In this document: piece by piece, positions 9,134 through 18,521 of the stretch | Layout of the letters: the number at the start of each line of letters is the position of its first letter | How positions within the stretch are numbered: the stretch's first letter is position 1 | NCBI GenBank assembly: GCA_964461435.1 | Contig: CAYWUI010000004.1 | Coordinates: 3,067-67,066, forward strand | Direction: 5' to 3' | Origin: an uncultured Bacteroidales bacterium | GTDB taxonomy: Bacteria; Bacteroidota; Bacteroidia; Bacteroidales; UBA10428 | DNA length: 64,000 bases | Position numbers and translations under genes: made by a program | The notes under the pieces: generated by a model | What the model was told of the DNA's origin: nothing | The model's input: the letters and a program-made list of their open reading frames with translations, nothing else | The model's database searches: none

Positions 9134-9499
9134 TTATCTTTCAATTAAATTAACAGGTAATAATACAAGCGAACTATATATAATGCCCAATTCAAGCATG
9201 TATTCATCATTTTTATCGTAGTACCAGTTTACACAAATCCTGTAACCCTTTTTATAAATTTTCTCAAGAATCTTTAATGATTCCATTATGCACCTTTTGG
9301 AATGGCCGTTCATATAATCAAGGTCAATACTTAACACGGTGTTATCTTCAGGTTCCTTTGAATAGCGCCTGATTAAACTTAAAAACGATTTGAGGTTATC
9401 AAAATTAACTGTGGGTATGGATTTACCCGTGATACTTATTTCTCCGTCGTTAAAATTTATGTACGGGGTCGTACTGGTATTTTCTATGGTGCAATTCAT
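9134..9499 (-). CDS. DUF1987 (SiaC-like regulatory phosphoprotein family) protein, paralog A
   Basis: 121 aa from the ATG at 9499 (the ORF track begins one codon earlier at a TTG). It has TPYINFNDGEISITGKSIP, DLDYMNGHSKRCIMESL and VNWYY. It is clearly paralogous to 19142..19516. Confidence 0.8.
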   Translation of the reverse strand: MNCTIENTSTTPYINFNDGEISITGKSIPTVNFDNLKSFLSLIRRYSKEPEDNTVLSIDLDYMNGHSKRCIMESLKILEKIYKKGYRICVNWYYDKNDEYMLELGIIYSSLVLLPVNLIER

Positions 9500-9558
9500 C
9501 AATACATTTATTATATATTAGGTTACGATAAATCTTTCAAATTGTTTCCCTTACTACC

Positions 9559-9574
9559 GGTGATATATATCACC
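9559..9574. promoter_or_regulatory. Perfect 16-bp palindrome GGTGATATATATCACC (candidate operator)
   Basis: The sequence is self-complementary over all 16 nt. It lies in the divergent intergenic region 60 nt upstream of the DUF1987 paralog A start and 66 nt upstream of the 64-aa ORF. Confidence 0.35.
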
Positions 9575-9639
9575 TGATTAGTTCAAAAATAAATGCAACT
9601 ATAGAAATTTACAACCGTAAAACAGATTTAAAGAAAAAT

Positions 9640-9834
9640 ATGAAAAATAAACAACCTAAAGCAGAATTCAAGATATGTAAACGGTGCAACAGGCATCAGG
9701 CTGAAGATATTATTTGTCCTTCATGTAAAAATGAACTCCTGAGTTCCTATAATAATATTGACTGGGAGACAGCTTTTGAGGCTGAAAAAGCCCATAATAA
9801 AGCTTTGAGATACAGGATGGACGAAGACTTTTAA
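9640..9834 (+). CDS. Small hypothetical protein with a CxxC...CxxC zinc-ribbon-like motif
   Basis: 64 aa with CKRC-x13-CPSC followed by a charged helical tail. It has an ATG start and non-coding sequence on both sides. No family was recognised. Confidence 0.35.
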   Translation: MKNKQPKAEFKICKRCNRHQAEDIICPSCKNELLSSYNNIDWETAFEAEKAHNKALRYRMDEDF

Positions 9835-9980
9835 TCAGCTGTCATTAGTTCTTTCAATCTACACTTCAAGTTTAATTTTTGTCTTATTCACGTTTTTAGC
9901 CTTCACGTATAGGGATAAATATTAATTTCCTCTATTTTTACAAAATTTCAGTATTCTGAATTTAAGATTATATCAGTTTA

Positions 9981-10916
9981 ATGATTCTGTCTTCCAGACT
10001 TAAAGGTATATTTTTTGCTTCTATAACTGCTATACTATGGGGATTTTTGGCTATTGCCCTGAAGGTGTCGCTCATAAGCCTCAGTCCGGTCGACATCGCA
10101 TGGTTCCGATTTAGTGTGGCATTCATTTTGCTTACCGCATATTACTTTACATTTCACTCATCGCAATTTAATATCATTAAAAATCCGCCCATACTGCTAA
10201 TCGTAGCGGCAATCTGCCTTGGACTGAATTATCTTGGCTTTATATCGGGAATTAAATATACATCTCCCAGTGTTGCGCAGGTATTTATGCAACTTGGGCC
10301 GGTTCTTCTTGCTTTATCAGGATTTATTATATATAAAGAAAAAGTAACCTTCATACAACTTTCAGGCTTTATTATCGTGGTATGCGGCTTATTATTATTT
10401 TACAACGAACAATTATCACTAATAGCTACAGACAAAGGAATATTTAACACCGGCATAATATGGGTAATCTTTGGTGCATTGGCATGGACAGGTTTTGCAA
10501 TAATACAAAAGAAGCTTGTCCGGAAGTATCCTCCCATGCAGCTTAATATCGTAATATTCGGTATACCGGCTCTTTTATATTCCCCTTTTGTTAGTTACCA
10601 CAGTTTAAGGGAAATATCATTAGGATACTGGATACTGCTTATATTTCTGGGTCTTAATACACTTGCTGCCTACGGTTCACTTGCCATAGCACTGAAACAT
10701 CTTGAAGCTAATAAAATTAGCGTTATCATCACACAGAATCCTGTTATTACCTTCATAACAATGGCCATCCTGGGAGGATTAAGTGTTCCCTGGATATCAC
10801 CCGAAAATTTTACATTCCTGACAGTTGTCGGTGCAATAATGGTAATAGGCGGTGCTGTACTGACTGTTTTTACCCGCAATAAAAATGTGCATTTATTCAG
10901 GCGCCGCAGTAAATAA
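9981..10916 (+). CDS. DMT-superfamily (EamA-like) transporter
   Basis: 311 aa with about ten hydrophobic helices arranged as two EamA-type halves (WGFLAIALK..., WTGFAIIQKKL...). Confidence 0.85.
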   Translation: MILSSRLKGIFFASITAILWGFLAIALKVSLISLSPVDIAWFRFSVAFILLTAYYFTFHSSQFNIIKNPPILLIVAAICLGLNYLGFISGIKYTSPSVAQVFMQLGPVLLALSGFIIYKEKVTFIQLSGFIIVVCGLLLFYNEQLSLIATDKGIFNTGIIWVIFGALAWTGFAIIQKKLVRKYPPMQLNIVIFGIPALLYSPFVSYHSLREISLGYWILLIFLGLNTLAAYGSLAIALKHLEANKISVIITQNPVITFITMAILGGLSVPWISPENFTFLTVVGAIMVIGGAVLTVFTRNKNVHLFRRRSK

Positions 10917-11023
10917 ATAATTTTTATTTTTTTATTTGAAAAAGGAGTATTATAATTACATTATAAAACCTCATTTAAAAGACTATTCCGTTGAGTATGC
11001 AAGAATTTTAAAAAATCCTAAAA

Positions 11024-12187
11024 ATGATAAAGCATATACAGGCAGAATTTATAAAAAGATATGGCCCTTCGGAAAATGAAATTTCAATGTTTTTTTCTCC
11101 CGGAAGAGTAAACCTGATAGGCGAACATACTGACTATAATGGCGGTTATGTTTTCCCCTGTGCCCTCAGCTATGGAACTTACCTGGCGGCCAGGGATACT
11201 GAATCAAAAGCCGTCAGGTTCTCTACAATAAATTTCGATTATAAATGTGAAATTCCTTTTAACAGGTTAAATGAAAAGATTGGTAATGAATGGGTTAACT
11301 ACCCGCTTGGGGTAATTGATGAATTCAGAAAAACTGGAGTAATTATATCAGAAGGCGTGGAACTTTTGTTTTCAGGGAATATACCTGATGGTGCCGGATT
11401 GTCATCATCTGCGTCTATCGAGACTGTCACTGCTGTCTTTGTTAATGAAAAATTCGGAGACAATAAAATGGGAAGGAAAGATTTGGCACTGCTATGCCAG
11501 AGGGCCGAAAATAATTTCGTGGGAGTAAATTGCGGAATTATGGATCAGTTTGCTGCTGTAATGGGGAAACAGAACCATGCTATTTTCCTTAATTGTGATA
11601 CTCTTGATTATGAACTTGTCCCCCTTAACATTTCAGGATATAAACTGGTTATTGCAAATACAAATAAGAAAAGGAAACTCACGGACTCCAAATATAATGA
11701 GAGGAGGGGCGAATGTGACAAGGCAGTGGCATACTTAAATAAGATCAAACCTTTGAGAAATCTTGGTGAGCTTCACCTGGAAGAATTTGACAGGCTTTCT
11801 GCCGGCATCCCTGACAAGACAGTAAGAAAAAGAGCCAGGCATGTGGTCTCAGAGGATCAGAGGTGCCTGGATGCTGTTGGCGCACTGAAAAAAAATGACA
11901 TTATAAAATTCGGCAGCCTGATGAACGCATCCCATGATTCACTGCGGCTGGATTATGAGGTAACCGGACCGGAACTTGATACTCTTGTTGATGAAGCCAG
12001 AAAAATTGATGGAGTTATTGGATCAAGAATGACAGGAGCCGGATTCGGGGGTTGCACAGTCAGCCTGGTAAACGAAGGATCAATAGGCAATTTTATTGCA
12101 GATGTCAGCAGTGGCTATAAAAATAAGACCGGACTCACAGCTGATTTCTATGTTGCTGACGTGGGGGACGGCACTAAAAAAATATAA
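11024..12187 (+). CDS. galK: Galactokinase
   Basis: It has the galactokinase signature GRVNLIGEHTDYNGG, the GHMP kinase motif PDGAGLSSSAS and the C-terminal motif RMTGAGFGGC. Confidence 0.95.
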   Translation: MIKHIQAEFIKRYGPSENEISMFFSPGRVNLIGEHTDYNGGYVFPCALSYGTYLAARDTESKAVRFSTINFDYKCEIPFNRLNEKIGNEWVNYPLGVIDEFRKTGVIISEGVELLFSGNIPDGAGLSSSASIETVTAVFVNEKFGDNKMGRKDLALLCQRAENNFVGVNCGIMDQFAAVMGKQNHAIFLNCDTLDYELVPLNISGYKLVIANTNKKRKLTDSKYNERRGECDKAVAYLNKIKPLRNLGELHLEEFDRLSAGIPDKTVRKRARHVVSEDQRCLDAVGALKKNDIIKFGSLMNASHDSLRLDYEVTGPELDTLVDEARKIDGVIGSRMTGAGFGGCTVSLVNEGSIGNFIADVSSGYKNKTGLTADFYVADVGDGTKKI

Positions 12188-12230
12188 CCGGCAATAAATT
12201 ATTTTCTATCAATTAAACTGTAAATAAATT

Positions 12231-13943
12231 ATGGAACATGTTATTTCTCTAGGATGGATAGACTTTTTAATCATGTCAGTCTATATAATATTTGTATTGA
12301 GCATCGGCTGGTTACTGAAGCGCTATATGCTTACTGCCACGGACTTCCTGGAAGCGGGCCGTTCACTGCCTGCATGGATCACCGGTCTGGCATTTATTTC
12401 TGCTAACCTTGGGGCACTGGAAGTATTTGGCATGGCTGCATCAGGAGCAAAATACGGGATTAAGACCGTCCATTTTTACTGGATAGGAGCCATACCCGCG
12501 ATGATCTTCCTTGCAATTTTTATGATGCCCTTCTACTATGGTTCAAAGGCACGCTCCGCTCCCGAATATTTAAAGCTACGTTTTGACGAAAAAACCAGGG
12601 GGCTGAATGCCATTTCATTTGCTGTAATGACGGTATTTACCTCTGGAATATCAATGTTTGCCCTGGCTGAACTGATGAGAATTTTATTGGGATGGGACTT
12701 TAATTTCAGCCTTATTCTTTCGGCACTTATTGTGCTCATTTACACTTACCTTGGTGGGTTAACATCAGCTATTTACAACGAGGTTCTGCAGTTCTTCCTT
12801 ATTGTTATAGGCTTCCTGCCCCTTTCAATTATCGGTCTTATAAATGTAGGCGGATGGGAAGGATTGAAGGAAGCCCTGGGTAACGTAGCAGTTGAAAGAG
12901 GTTTTTCTTCAGGGGCTTACACTGCATCCTGGCAGGGTATGGGCAGTGCAACAACCAATCCCATGGGCATCCAGTGGTTCGGACTGATAATGGGACTGGG
13001 TTTTGTATTATCCTTTGGTTACTGGTGTACCAACTTCCTCGTAGTCCAGAGGGCAATGGCTGCAGGATCCATGCGTGCCGCCCGCCGCACGCCTTTAATA
13101 GGTGCCCTTCCAAAGATGTTTCTCCCCTTCCTGGTGATATTGCCCGGAATGATCGCATTAAAACTGCTAAATGACCCTGAAAGCGGCTTTACATTGCTGC
13201 AAAAGGGCGGATCAGATGATTTTAATTCCGTTATACCTATGATGCTCGGACATTATTTCCCGACAGGATTACTGGGTCTCGGATTAACCGCCCTTATGGC
13301 TTCATTTATGTCAGGCATGGCAGGAAATGTAACAGCATTTAATACTGTATGGACATATGATATATATCAAAGCTACATCAACCCCAATAAACCTGATTCA
13401 CATTACCTGAGGGTTGGCCAGTTTGCTACTGTCTTCGGGGTTATTATAAGTATAGGCACTGCATACCTTGCAGCACAGTTTGACAATATAATGGACTTTA
13501 TCCAGCTTGTATTCGCATTTGTCAATGCCCCGTTGTTTGCCACCTTCCTGCTGGGTATGTTCTGGAAACGATCTACCGGACATGGTGCATTCTACGGATT
13601 ACTTGCCGGAATAGGGGCCGCAACCGTACATCACGGATTAACCCTTACTGCCGGCGAAGCAATAGGCATAAAGGGAGGCTGGATACACGTCCTTCATCAA
13701 TATCCCAGTGAAATGGCATTGTCATTCTGGACTGCCATTTGGGCATTTGTTATATGTTTCATATTTACTATACTAATTTCATTTGCCACACGGCAGGTGA
13801 AGTCTGATAATGAATTAAAGGGTCTTGTATACACTCTTACACCAAAGTATAAAGAAGAGGGCGAAAAATGGTACCAAAGCAATGTAGCACTGGCCATTTT
13901 AGTCGGTGCCATGGCAATTACTTTAAGTATAATATTCTGGTAA
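12231..13943 (+). CDS. Sodium:solute symporter (SSS family, SGLT-like; probable galactose/glucose uptake)
   Basis: 570 aa with about 13-14 TM helices and SSS-type motifs (GRSLPAWITGLAFISANLGA, GGLTSAIYNEVLQ). It sits between galK and galT. Confidence 0.9.
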   Translation: MEHVISLGWIDFLIMSVYIIFVLSIGWLLKRYMLTATDFLEAGRSLPAWITGLAFISANLGALEVFGMAASGAKYGIKTVHFYWIGAIPAMIFLAIFMMPFYYGSKARSAPEYLKLRFDEKTRGLNAISFAVMTVFTSGISMFALAELMRILLGWDFNFSLILSALIVLIYTYLGGLTSAIYNEVLQFFLIVIGFLPLSIIGLINVGGWEGLKEALGNVAVERGFSSGAYTASWQGMGSATTNPMGIQWFGLIMGLGFVLSFGYWCTNFLVVQRAMAAGSMRAARRTPLIGALPKMFLPFLVILPGMIALKLLNDPESGFTLLQKGGSDDFNSVIPMMLGHYFPTGLLGLGLTALMASFMSGMAGNVTAFNTVWTYDIYQSYINPNKPDSHYLRVGQFATVFGVIISIGTAYLAAQFDNIMDFIQLVFAFVNAPLFATFLLGMFWKRSTGHGAFYGLLAGIGAATVHHGLTLTAGEAIGIKGGWIHVLHQYPSEMALSFWTAIWAFVICFIFTILISFATRQVKSDNELKGLVYTLTPKYKEEGEKWYQSNVALAILVGAMAITLSIIFW

Positions 13944-13954
13944 AAACGTAAATT

Positions 13955-14170
13955 ATGGGCGTAGATATTAAGCTTCCAATTGGACTGATGTTCACGATAC
14001 TCGGGCTTATATTGTCCCTGCACGGTTTTTTAACAGTATCAAACGCTGAGCTCTATAAAAAATCACTGGGTATAAATATAAACCTCTGGGCCGGACTGTT
14101 CATGCTTGTTTTTGGTATTTTTATGCTGGTCATGTCAAAAAAGCTTAAGAAGCCTGAAGCAATGAAATAG
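13955..14170 (+). CDS. Small two-helix membrane protein of unknown function
   Basis: 71 aa with two hydrophobic helices (LPIGLMFTILGLILSLHGFL and LWAGLFMLVFGIFMLVM). It starts 11 nt after the symporter stop on the same strand. Confidence 0.45.
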   Translation: MGVDIKLPIGLMFTILGLILSLHGFLTVSNAELYKKSLGININLWAGLFMLVFGIFMLVMSKKLKKPEAMK

Positions 14171-14176
14171 AAATTC

Positions 14177-14230
14177 CCCGGCATTAACAGCTCATCCTGC
14201 CAGGGCAGGCATGACTTTGTTAGTGCCGGG
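14177..14230. terminator. Long compound hairpin between convergent genes (candidate bidirectional terminator)
   Basis: The outer arms cccggcattaac (14177..14188) and gttagtgccggg (14219..14230) pair with one mismatch. They enclose an inner near-palindrome, tcatcctgcc-agg-gcaggcatga. T-rich sequence flanks it on both strands, and it abuts the galT stop codon. Confidence 0.5.
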
Positions 14231-15277
14231 TTACTTTGTTTTATAATGAACTTCCGGCAGTTCCCTTAACCTTTTTGTGCTAATTTCAGGGGTAATATCC
14301 CTTTGGGGATTAGCCAGCATCTCGTAACCAACCATAAACTTTTTTATAGTCGCTGATCTTAGCAAAGGAGGGTAGAAATGCATATGGAAATGCCATTCGG
14401 GATGATCCTTCCCGTCGGTCGGACTCTGATGTATGCCTGCAGAATAAGGAAAAGAAACCTCAAAAAGATTATCGTATATTATTGTCAGCCTCTGAAGTAT
14501 TTCAGCAAAAGACTGCTTTTCTTCCTCCGACATTACCCCTATGTTCTGTAAATGCCTTTTGCTTATAATTAGTGTTTCAAAAGGCCATATCCCCCAGAAC
14601 GGAGATACAACAACGAACCTGTCATTCTCGATTACCAGCCTTTCCCCTTTTTCCATCTCCTTTTCAAGATAAACAGAGAGCATGCTCCTTCTATTAGTGT
14701 TATAAAATTTCTTCAGGTGATAACATTCCTTTGAAGGCTCCGCAGGTATTGATTCCTGTGCCCATATCTGTCCGTGGGGATGAGGATTGCTGCACCCCAT
14801 AACACCTCCCTTATTCTCAAATATCTGCACATAGTTTATGTAATCCAGCCCTCCTATTTCAAGGTACTCCCTTTGCCATACGTCAATTACCTTTTTTATC
14901 GAACCTTTATCCATTTCAGGAAGAGTAAGATCGTGCCTCGGCGAAAAAATTACAACCTTGCATAAGCCTCTTTCACTTTCAGCAATAAATGTCTCCCCAT
15001 CCTTGTATCTGCCGGCAGGAATTTCAGGTTTCAGGGAACTAAAATCATTAATAAATACAAAAGTACCCTTATAGTCGGGATTCTTCACTCCTCCCGCCCT
15101 TGTATTGCCGGGACACAAATAACATCCCGGGTCATACTCCGGAAGTTTGTCTTCCCTTATTTTTTCAACCTGCCCCTGCCATGGCCTCTTTGCCCTGTGC
15201 GGAGAAACCAGCAGCCATTCGCCTGTCAGCGGGTTATACCTTCTGTGCGGGTGTTCGGAGAAATCAAACTTAATCAT
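14231..15277 (-). CDS. galT: Galactose-1-phosphate uridylyltransferase
   Basis: 348 aa with RYNPLTGEW, the Zn-site CYLCPGN, the HIT-like active site NPHPHGQIW and a second half-domain HFHMHFYPPLLRS. Confidence 0.95.
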   Translation of the reverse strand: MIKFDFSEHPHRRYNPLTGEWLLVSPHRAKRPWQGQVEKIREDKLPEYDPGCYLCPGNTRAGGVKNPDYKGTFVFINDFSSLKPEIPAGRYKDGETFIAESERGLCKVVIFSPRHDLTLPEMDKGSIKKVIDVWQREYLEIGGLDYINYVQIFENKGGVMGCSNPHPHGQIWAQESIPAEPSKECYHLKKFYNTNRRSMLSVYLEKEMEKGERLVIENDRFVVVSPFWGIWPFETLIISKRHLQNIGVMSEEEKQSFAEILQRLTIIYDNLFEVSFPYSAGIHQSPTDGKDHPEWHFHMHFYPPLLRSATIKKFMVGYEMLANPQRDITPEISTKRLRELPEVHYKTK

Positions 15278-15388
15278 AATGTCAATATCTTTTTATTCTA
15301 TCAATATTAGCATTAATTTATTATTTTTTTTAAATATGAATTGTTTTTCTTATTTTGGCCGGCGAATACAAATCTTAATATCCATTTT

Positions 15389-16441
15389 ATGAACATAAAG
15401 AAAGAACTTTTCGGTAAAACCAAAGATAATAAAGAAGTTAATCTGTTCAGTTTACAGAATAATAATGGCATAACAGTTAAAATAACCAATTACGGCGGTA
15501 TAATAACTTACCTGTCCGTTCCCGACAGGAAGGGTAATTTTAACAACATAGTCCTTGGATTTGACAGCCTGGAAAAATATACCAGTCCGCGCTATCTGGC
15601 AGGATGCCCTTACCTGGGGGCAATCATAGGAAGATATGCCAACAGGATAGCAAACGGCAAATTCTCACTAGAAGGACAGGAATATAACCTTATGCGCAAC
15701 GACGGGCCTAACCACCTGCATGGTGGCACAACCGGATTCGATAAGGTTGTCTGGGACGCAAATGAATTTCAGTCTGACGGTTTAGCCGGACTCAGGCTGG
15801 ATTATTATAGTAAGGATATGGAAGAAGGGTATCCCGGAAATTTAAGCATATCTGTAATTTACTCATTGACAAATCAGAATGAGCTAAAGGTCGAATACCG
15901 CGGGAAAATCGATAAAGCATGCCCCGTAAGCCTGACACAGCACAGTTACTTCAATCTGAACTGCCTGAGCAGCGATATTCTTGAGCACGAACTGTACCTT
16001 AATGCGGATAAATATACCGTTGCGGATGATACCTTTATCCCTACAGGGGCGTTAGCAGATGTAGCAGATACCCCGCTGGATTTCCGCAATCCCCGTAAAA
16101 TCGGTGAAAGAATAAACCGGCTTGATAGCGGATATGATCACAATTTTGTTCTGAATAAACAAAATAACGCTGAACCTTCCCTGGCAGCGAGGGTAACTGA
16201 AGGCTCCACCGGCCGGGTCCTCGAAATGTATACCACTGAACCGGGAGTTCAGTTATATACCGGCAACTTTCTGGATGGAACATTTACAAATGCCGAAGGT
16301 AAAAAAATGAACAAACATTATGGTCTTTGCCTTGAAGCACAGCATTATCCCGATACCCCGAATAAACCAGGCTTCCCTTCAGCCATCCTGGCCCCCGGCA
16401 AAAAATATTTTCAGCTTACAATATATAAGTTTATTATATAG
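15389..16441 (+). CDS. galM: Galactose mutarotase (aldose 1-epimerase)
   Basis: Motifs are ITNYGGII, GRYANRIANGKF, NHLHGG, VSLTQHSYFNL and CLEAQHYPD. I moved the start to the ATG at 15389 (MNIKKELFG), which removes an unlikely 16-aa extension. Confidence 0.92.
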   Translation: MNIKKELFGKTKDNKEVNLFSLQNNNGITVKITNYGGIITYLSVPDRKGNFNNIVLGFDSLEKYTSPRYLAGCPYLGAIIGRYANRIANGKFSLEGQEYNLMRNDGPNHLHGGTTGFDKVVWDANEFQSDGLAGLRLDYYSKDMEEGYPGNLSISVIYSLTNQNELKVEYRGKIDKACPVSLTQHSYFNLNCLSSDILEHELYLNADKYTVADDTFIPTGALADVADTPLDFRNPRKIGERINRLDSGYDHNFVLNKQNNAEPSLAARVTEGSTGRVLEMYTTEPGVQLYTGNFLDGTFTNAEGKKMNKHYGLCLEAQHYPDTPNKPGFPSAILAPGKKYFQLTIYKFII

Positions 16442-16499
16442 AATCCGGGGTTTTTAATCCCTGCTTATCCCGGGGATTGAAGTTTAACTGCAAACATTA

Positions 16500-16718
16500 T
16501 TATTTGCATATATCCCTGTATATTTCCAGGATTTTGTTTTTATATTCCAGGGGTGCTTCAATATGCCCCCAGCCCTTTTGGAGCTGAAAAATACCATCAT
16601 AGACTGAATCATAATAAGACCTTATTACATGAGGGATATTCCTTTCTTTTAGTATCGGGCTGATTATATTGGCTTCAATTTCATTCTTAAGTATAACAAC
16701 CTTGATATTTCTGATCAT
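16500..16718 (-). CDS. Small hypothetical protein, possibly DUF2007-like
   Basis: 72 aa from the ATG at 16718 (MIRNIKVVILKNEIEANIISPILKERNIP...). The beta-alpha pattern resembles the small 'putative signal transducing' DUF2007 fold. This is a weak call from memory. Confidence 0.4.
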   Translation of the reverse strand: MIRNIKVVILKNEIEANIISPILKERNIPHVIRSYYDSVYDGIFQLQKGWGHIEAPLEYKNKILEIYRDICK

Positions 16719-16928
16719 AAAGCACGTATTTATAATATTTTCCAATCAAAAATAACAATTTTCCTGTTTAAAAAAACAGGATCAAATTCTTTAATTGTTA
16801 AAGTCCGTTTTAAAACATAAGTTATTATTAATGCCCTTCTTGTTTTTATGTGTTTCATGATAATTTTAATATTTTTATGGATAATTTTTCCGAATCTGTA
16901 ATTTTACATTATACTAAATGCTCATTAT

Positions 16929-18467
16929 ATGCCATTAATTACTTCAATAGTAAACTGGCTTAACATTAAAAGGGTTTATCAGATAGACTTAATAAAAAAA
17001 TATCCTTTTGATATTCAGCAGGAGACGCTCTTTAAGCTTCTGAATAAAGCAGCCGACACGGAATGGGGTAAAAAATATAATTTTGCATCAGTTGATAGTA
17101 TTGAAGCTTTTCAGGAACGTATTCCCCTCCAGACATATGAAGATATAAAGCCCTATATCAGCCGTTTACGGAAAGGGGAAAGCAACCTGCTGTGGCCGGG
17201 GGAAATTAAATGGTTTGCCAAATCTTCGGGAACAACCAGTGACAAAAGCAAGTTTATACCTGTAAGCAAAGACAGTCTTGAAGAATGCCATTTCAGGGGA
17301 GGAAGGGATGTTCTGGCCATTTATACTTTTAATAATCCCGATTCAAAAATATTTTCGGGCAAAGGACTTACCCTTGGAGGCAGCCACAAAATTGATAATT
17401 TCAATAACCAGTCATATTACGGTGATTTGTCTGCCATTCTTATTGAAAACCTCCCATTCTGGACAGAGTTTATCCGTACGCCAAGCTTTGAGGTTGCACT
17501 GCTTGATAAATGGGAAGAGAAGCTGGAAAAAATTGCCAGGGAGACAATTAATGAAAATGTAACAAATATTGCCGGTGTACCTTCATGGAACCTGGTAATG
17601 ATCAGGTATATCCTTAATTATGCCAAAAAGAATAACCTTATGGACATATGGCCGAATCTGGAGCTTTTTATTCACGGAGGTGTAAATTTTACTCCATATA
17701 AAGAACAGTTCAATAAAATAATACCTTCTGAAAATATGCACTACCTCGAAGCATATAATGCTTCGGAGGGATTTTTTGCAATACAGGATGAGCCTGATAA
17801 AAATGATATGCTATTGATGCTGGATTATGGCATTTTTTATGAATTTATTCCTGTTAATGAAATAAATAATACCTATCCAAAGGCTTATAATATTGGCAAT
17901 GTTAGAAAAAATGTGAACTATGCAATGGTTATTACAACCAATGGGGGACTCTGGCGTTACCTTATCGGAGATACAGTAATGTTTACTTCCCTGTATCCTC
18001 ACAAAATAGTGATCTCCGGGAGAACAAAGCATTTCATCAATGCTTTTGGAGAAGAGATCATAATTGATAATGCCGAGAAAGCCCTGAAAATAGCCTGTGA
18101 CAAAACAAATGCAGAAATATCGGACTATACGGCAGCCCCGGTTTATATGACTCATGACAAAAAAGGGGCACATGAATGGCTGATTGAATTTACCGTACCC
18201 CCTTCAGATCCTGACTATTTTTCTTCAATTCTTGACCATGCCTTAATGTCTGTAAATTCCGATTACGAAGCAAAGAGATATAAAGACATAACACTTGACA
18301 AACCAATTGTAAGACTGGCTGAAAGAGGGACTTTTTACGAATGGCTGAAGAAAAGAGAAAAGCTGGGAGGGCAAAACAAGGTGCCCCGCCTGTCAAATGA
18401 CAGAAAATATATTGATGAGCTGTTGAAAATAGACAGGCATCTAAAATCCAGACAAGAATCCGTTTAA
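16929..18467 (+). CDS. GH3 ('auxin-responsive promoter') family adenylating enzyme-like protein
   Basis: 512 aa with the acyl-adenylate-type P-loop SSGTTSDKSKFIPV. The overall length and pattern (YNASEGFFA, GLWRYLIGD) fit the bacterial GH3 family common in Bacteroidota. Confidence 0.85.
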   Translation: MPLITSIVNWLNIKRVYQIDLIKKYPFDIQQETLFKLLNKAADTEWGKKYNFASVDSIEAFQERIPLQTYEDIKPYISRLRKGESNLLWPGEIKWFAKSSGTTSDKSKFIPVSKDSLEECHFRGGRDVLAIYTFNNPDSKIFSGKGLTLGGSHKIDNFNNQSYYGDLSAILIENLPFWTEFIRTPSFEVALLDKWEEKLEKIARETINENVTNIAGVPSWNLVMIRYILNYAKKNNLMDIWPNLELFIHGGVNFTPYKEQFNKIIPSENMHYLEAYNASEGFFAIQDEPDKNDMLLMLDYGIFYEFIPVNEINNTYPKAYNIGNVRKNVNYAMVITTNGGLWRYLIGDTVMFTSLYPHKIVISGRTKHFINAFGEEIIIDNAEKALKIACDKTNAEISDYTAAPVYMTHDKKGAHEWLIEFTVPPSDPDYFSSILDHALMSVNSDYEAKRYKDITLDKPIVRLAERGTFYEWLKKREKLGGQNKVPRLSNDRKYIDELLKIDRHLKSRQESV

Positions 18468-18521
18468 ATATATAATAAAAATAATTCGTACATTAGTACG
18501 CCCCACTAAACATTAAAAAAC

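Noticed and set aside
12231-13943. The symporter gene looks locally more GC-rich than its neighbours, raising the question of horizontal transfer.
   Set aside because: This is an impression by eye only. The enrichment for Gly/Ala/Leu codons typical of membrane proteins explains it. The gene sits in a coherent Leloir locus with no mobility genes. A sliding-window GC and codon-usage calculation would be needed to revisit this.
15341-15388. 16-codon N-terminal extension of galM in the ORF track (MFFLFWPANTNLNIHF), with similar non-ATG extensions at 6799, 9502, 16745, 27918, 40804 and 52456.
   Set aside because: Each extension starts at a TTG or another alternative codon just upstream of a well-placed ATG. 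Two of them (40804 and 52456) fall on or within 5 nt of TAnnTTTG promoter boxes, so I used the ATG starts.
16762-16781. 8-bp hairpin tcctgttt-aaaa-aaacagga between the small DUF2007-like gene and the GH3 gene.
   Set aside because: The stem is AT-rich and weak. It lies upstream of both divergent genes, so it cannot serve as a terminator, and it is probably fortuitous.
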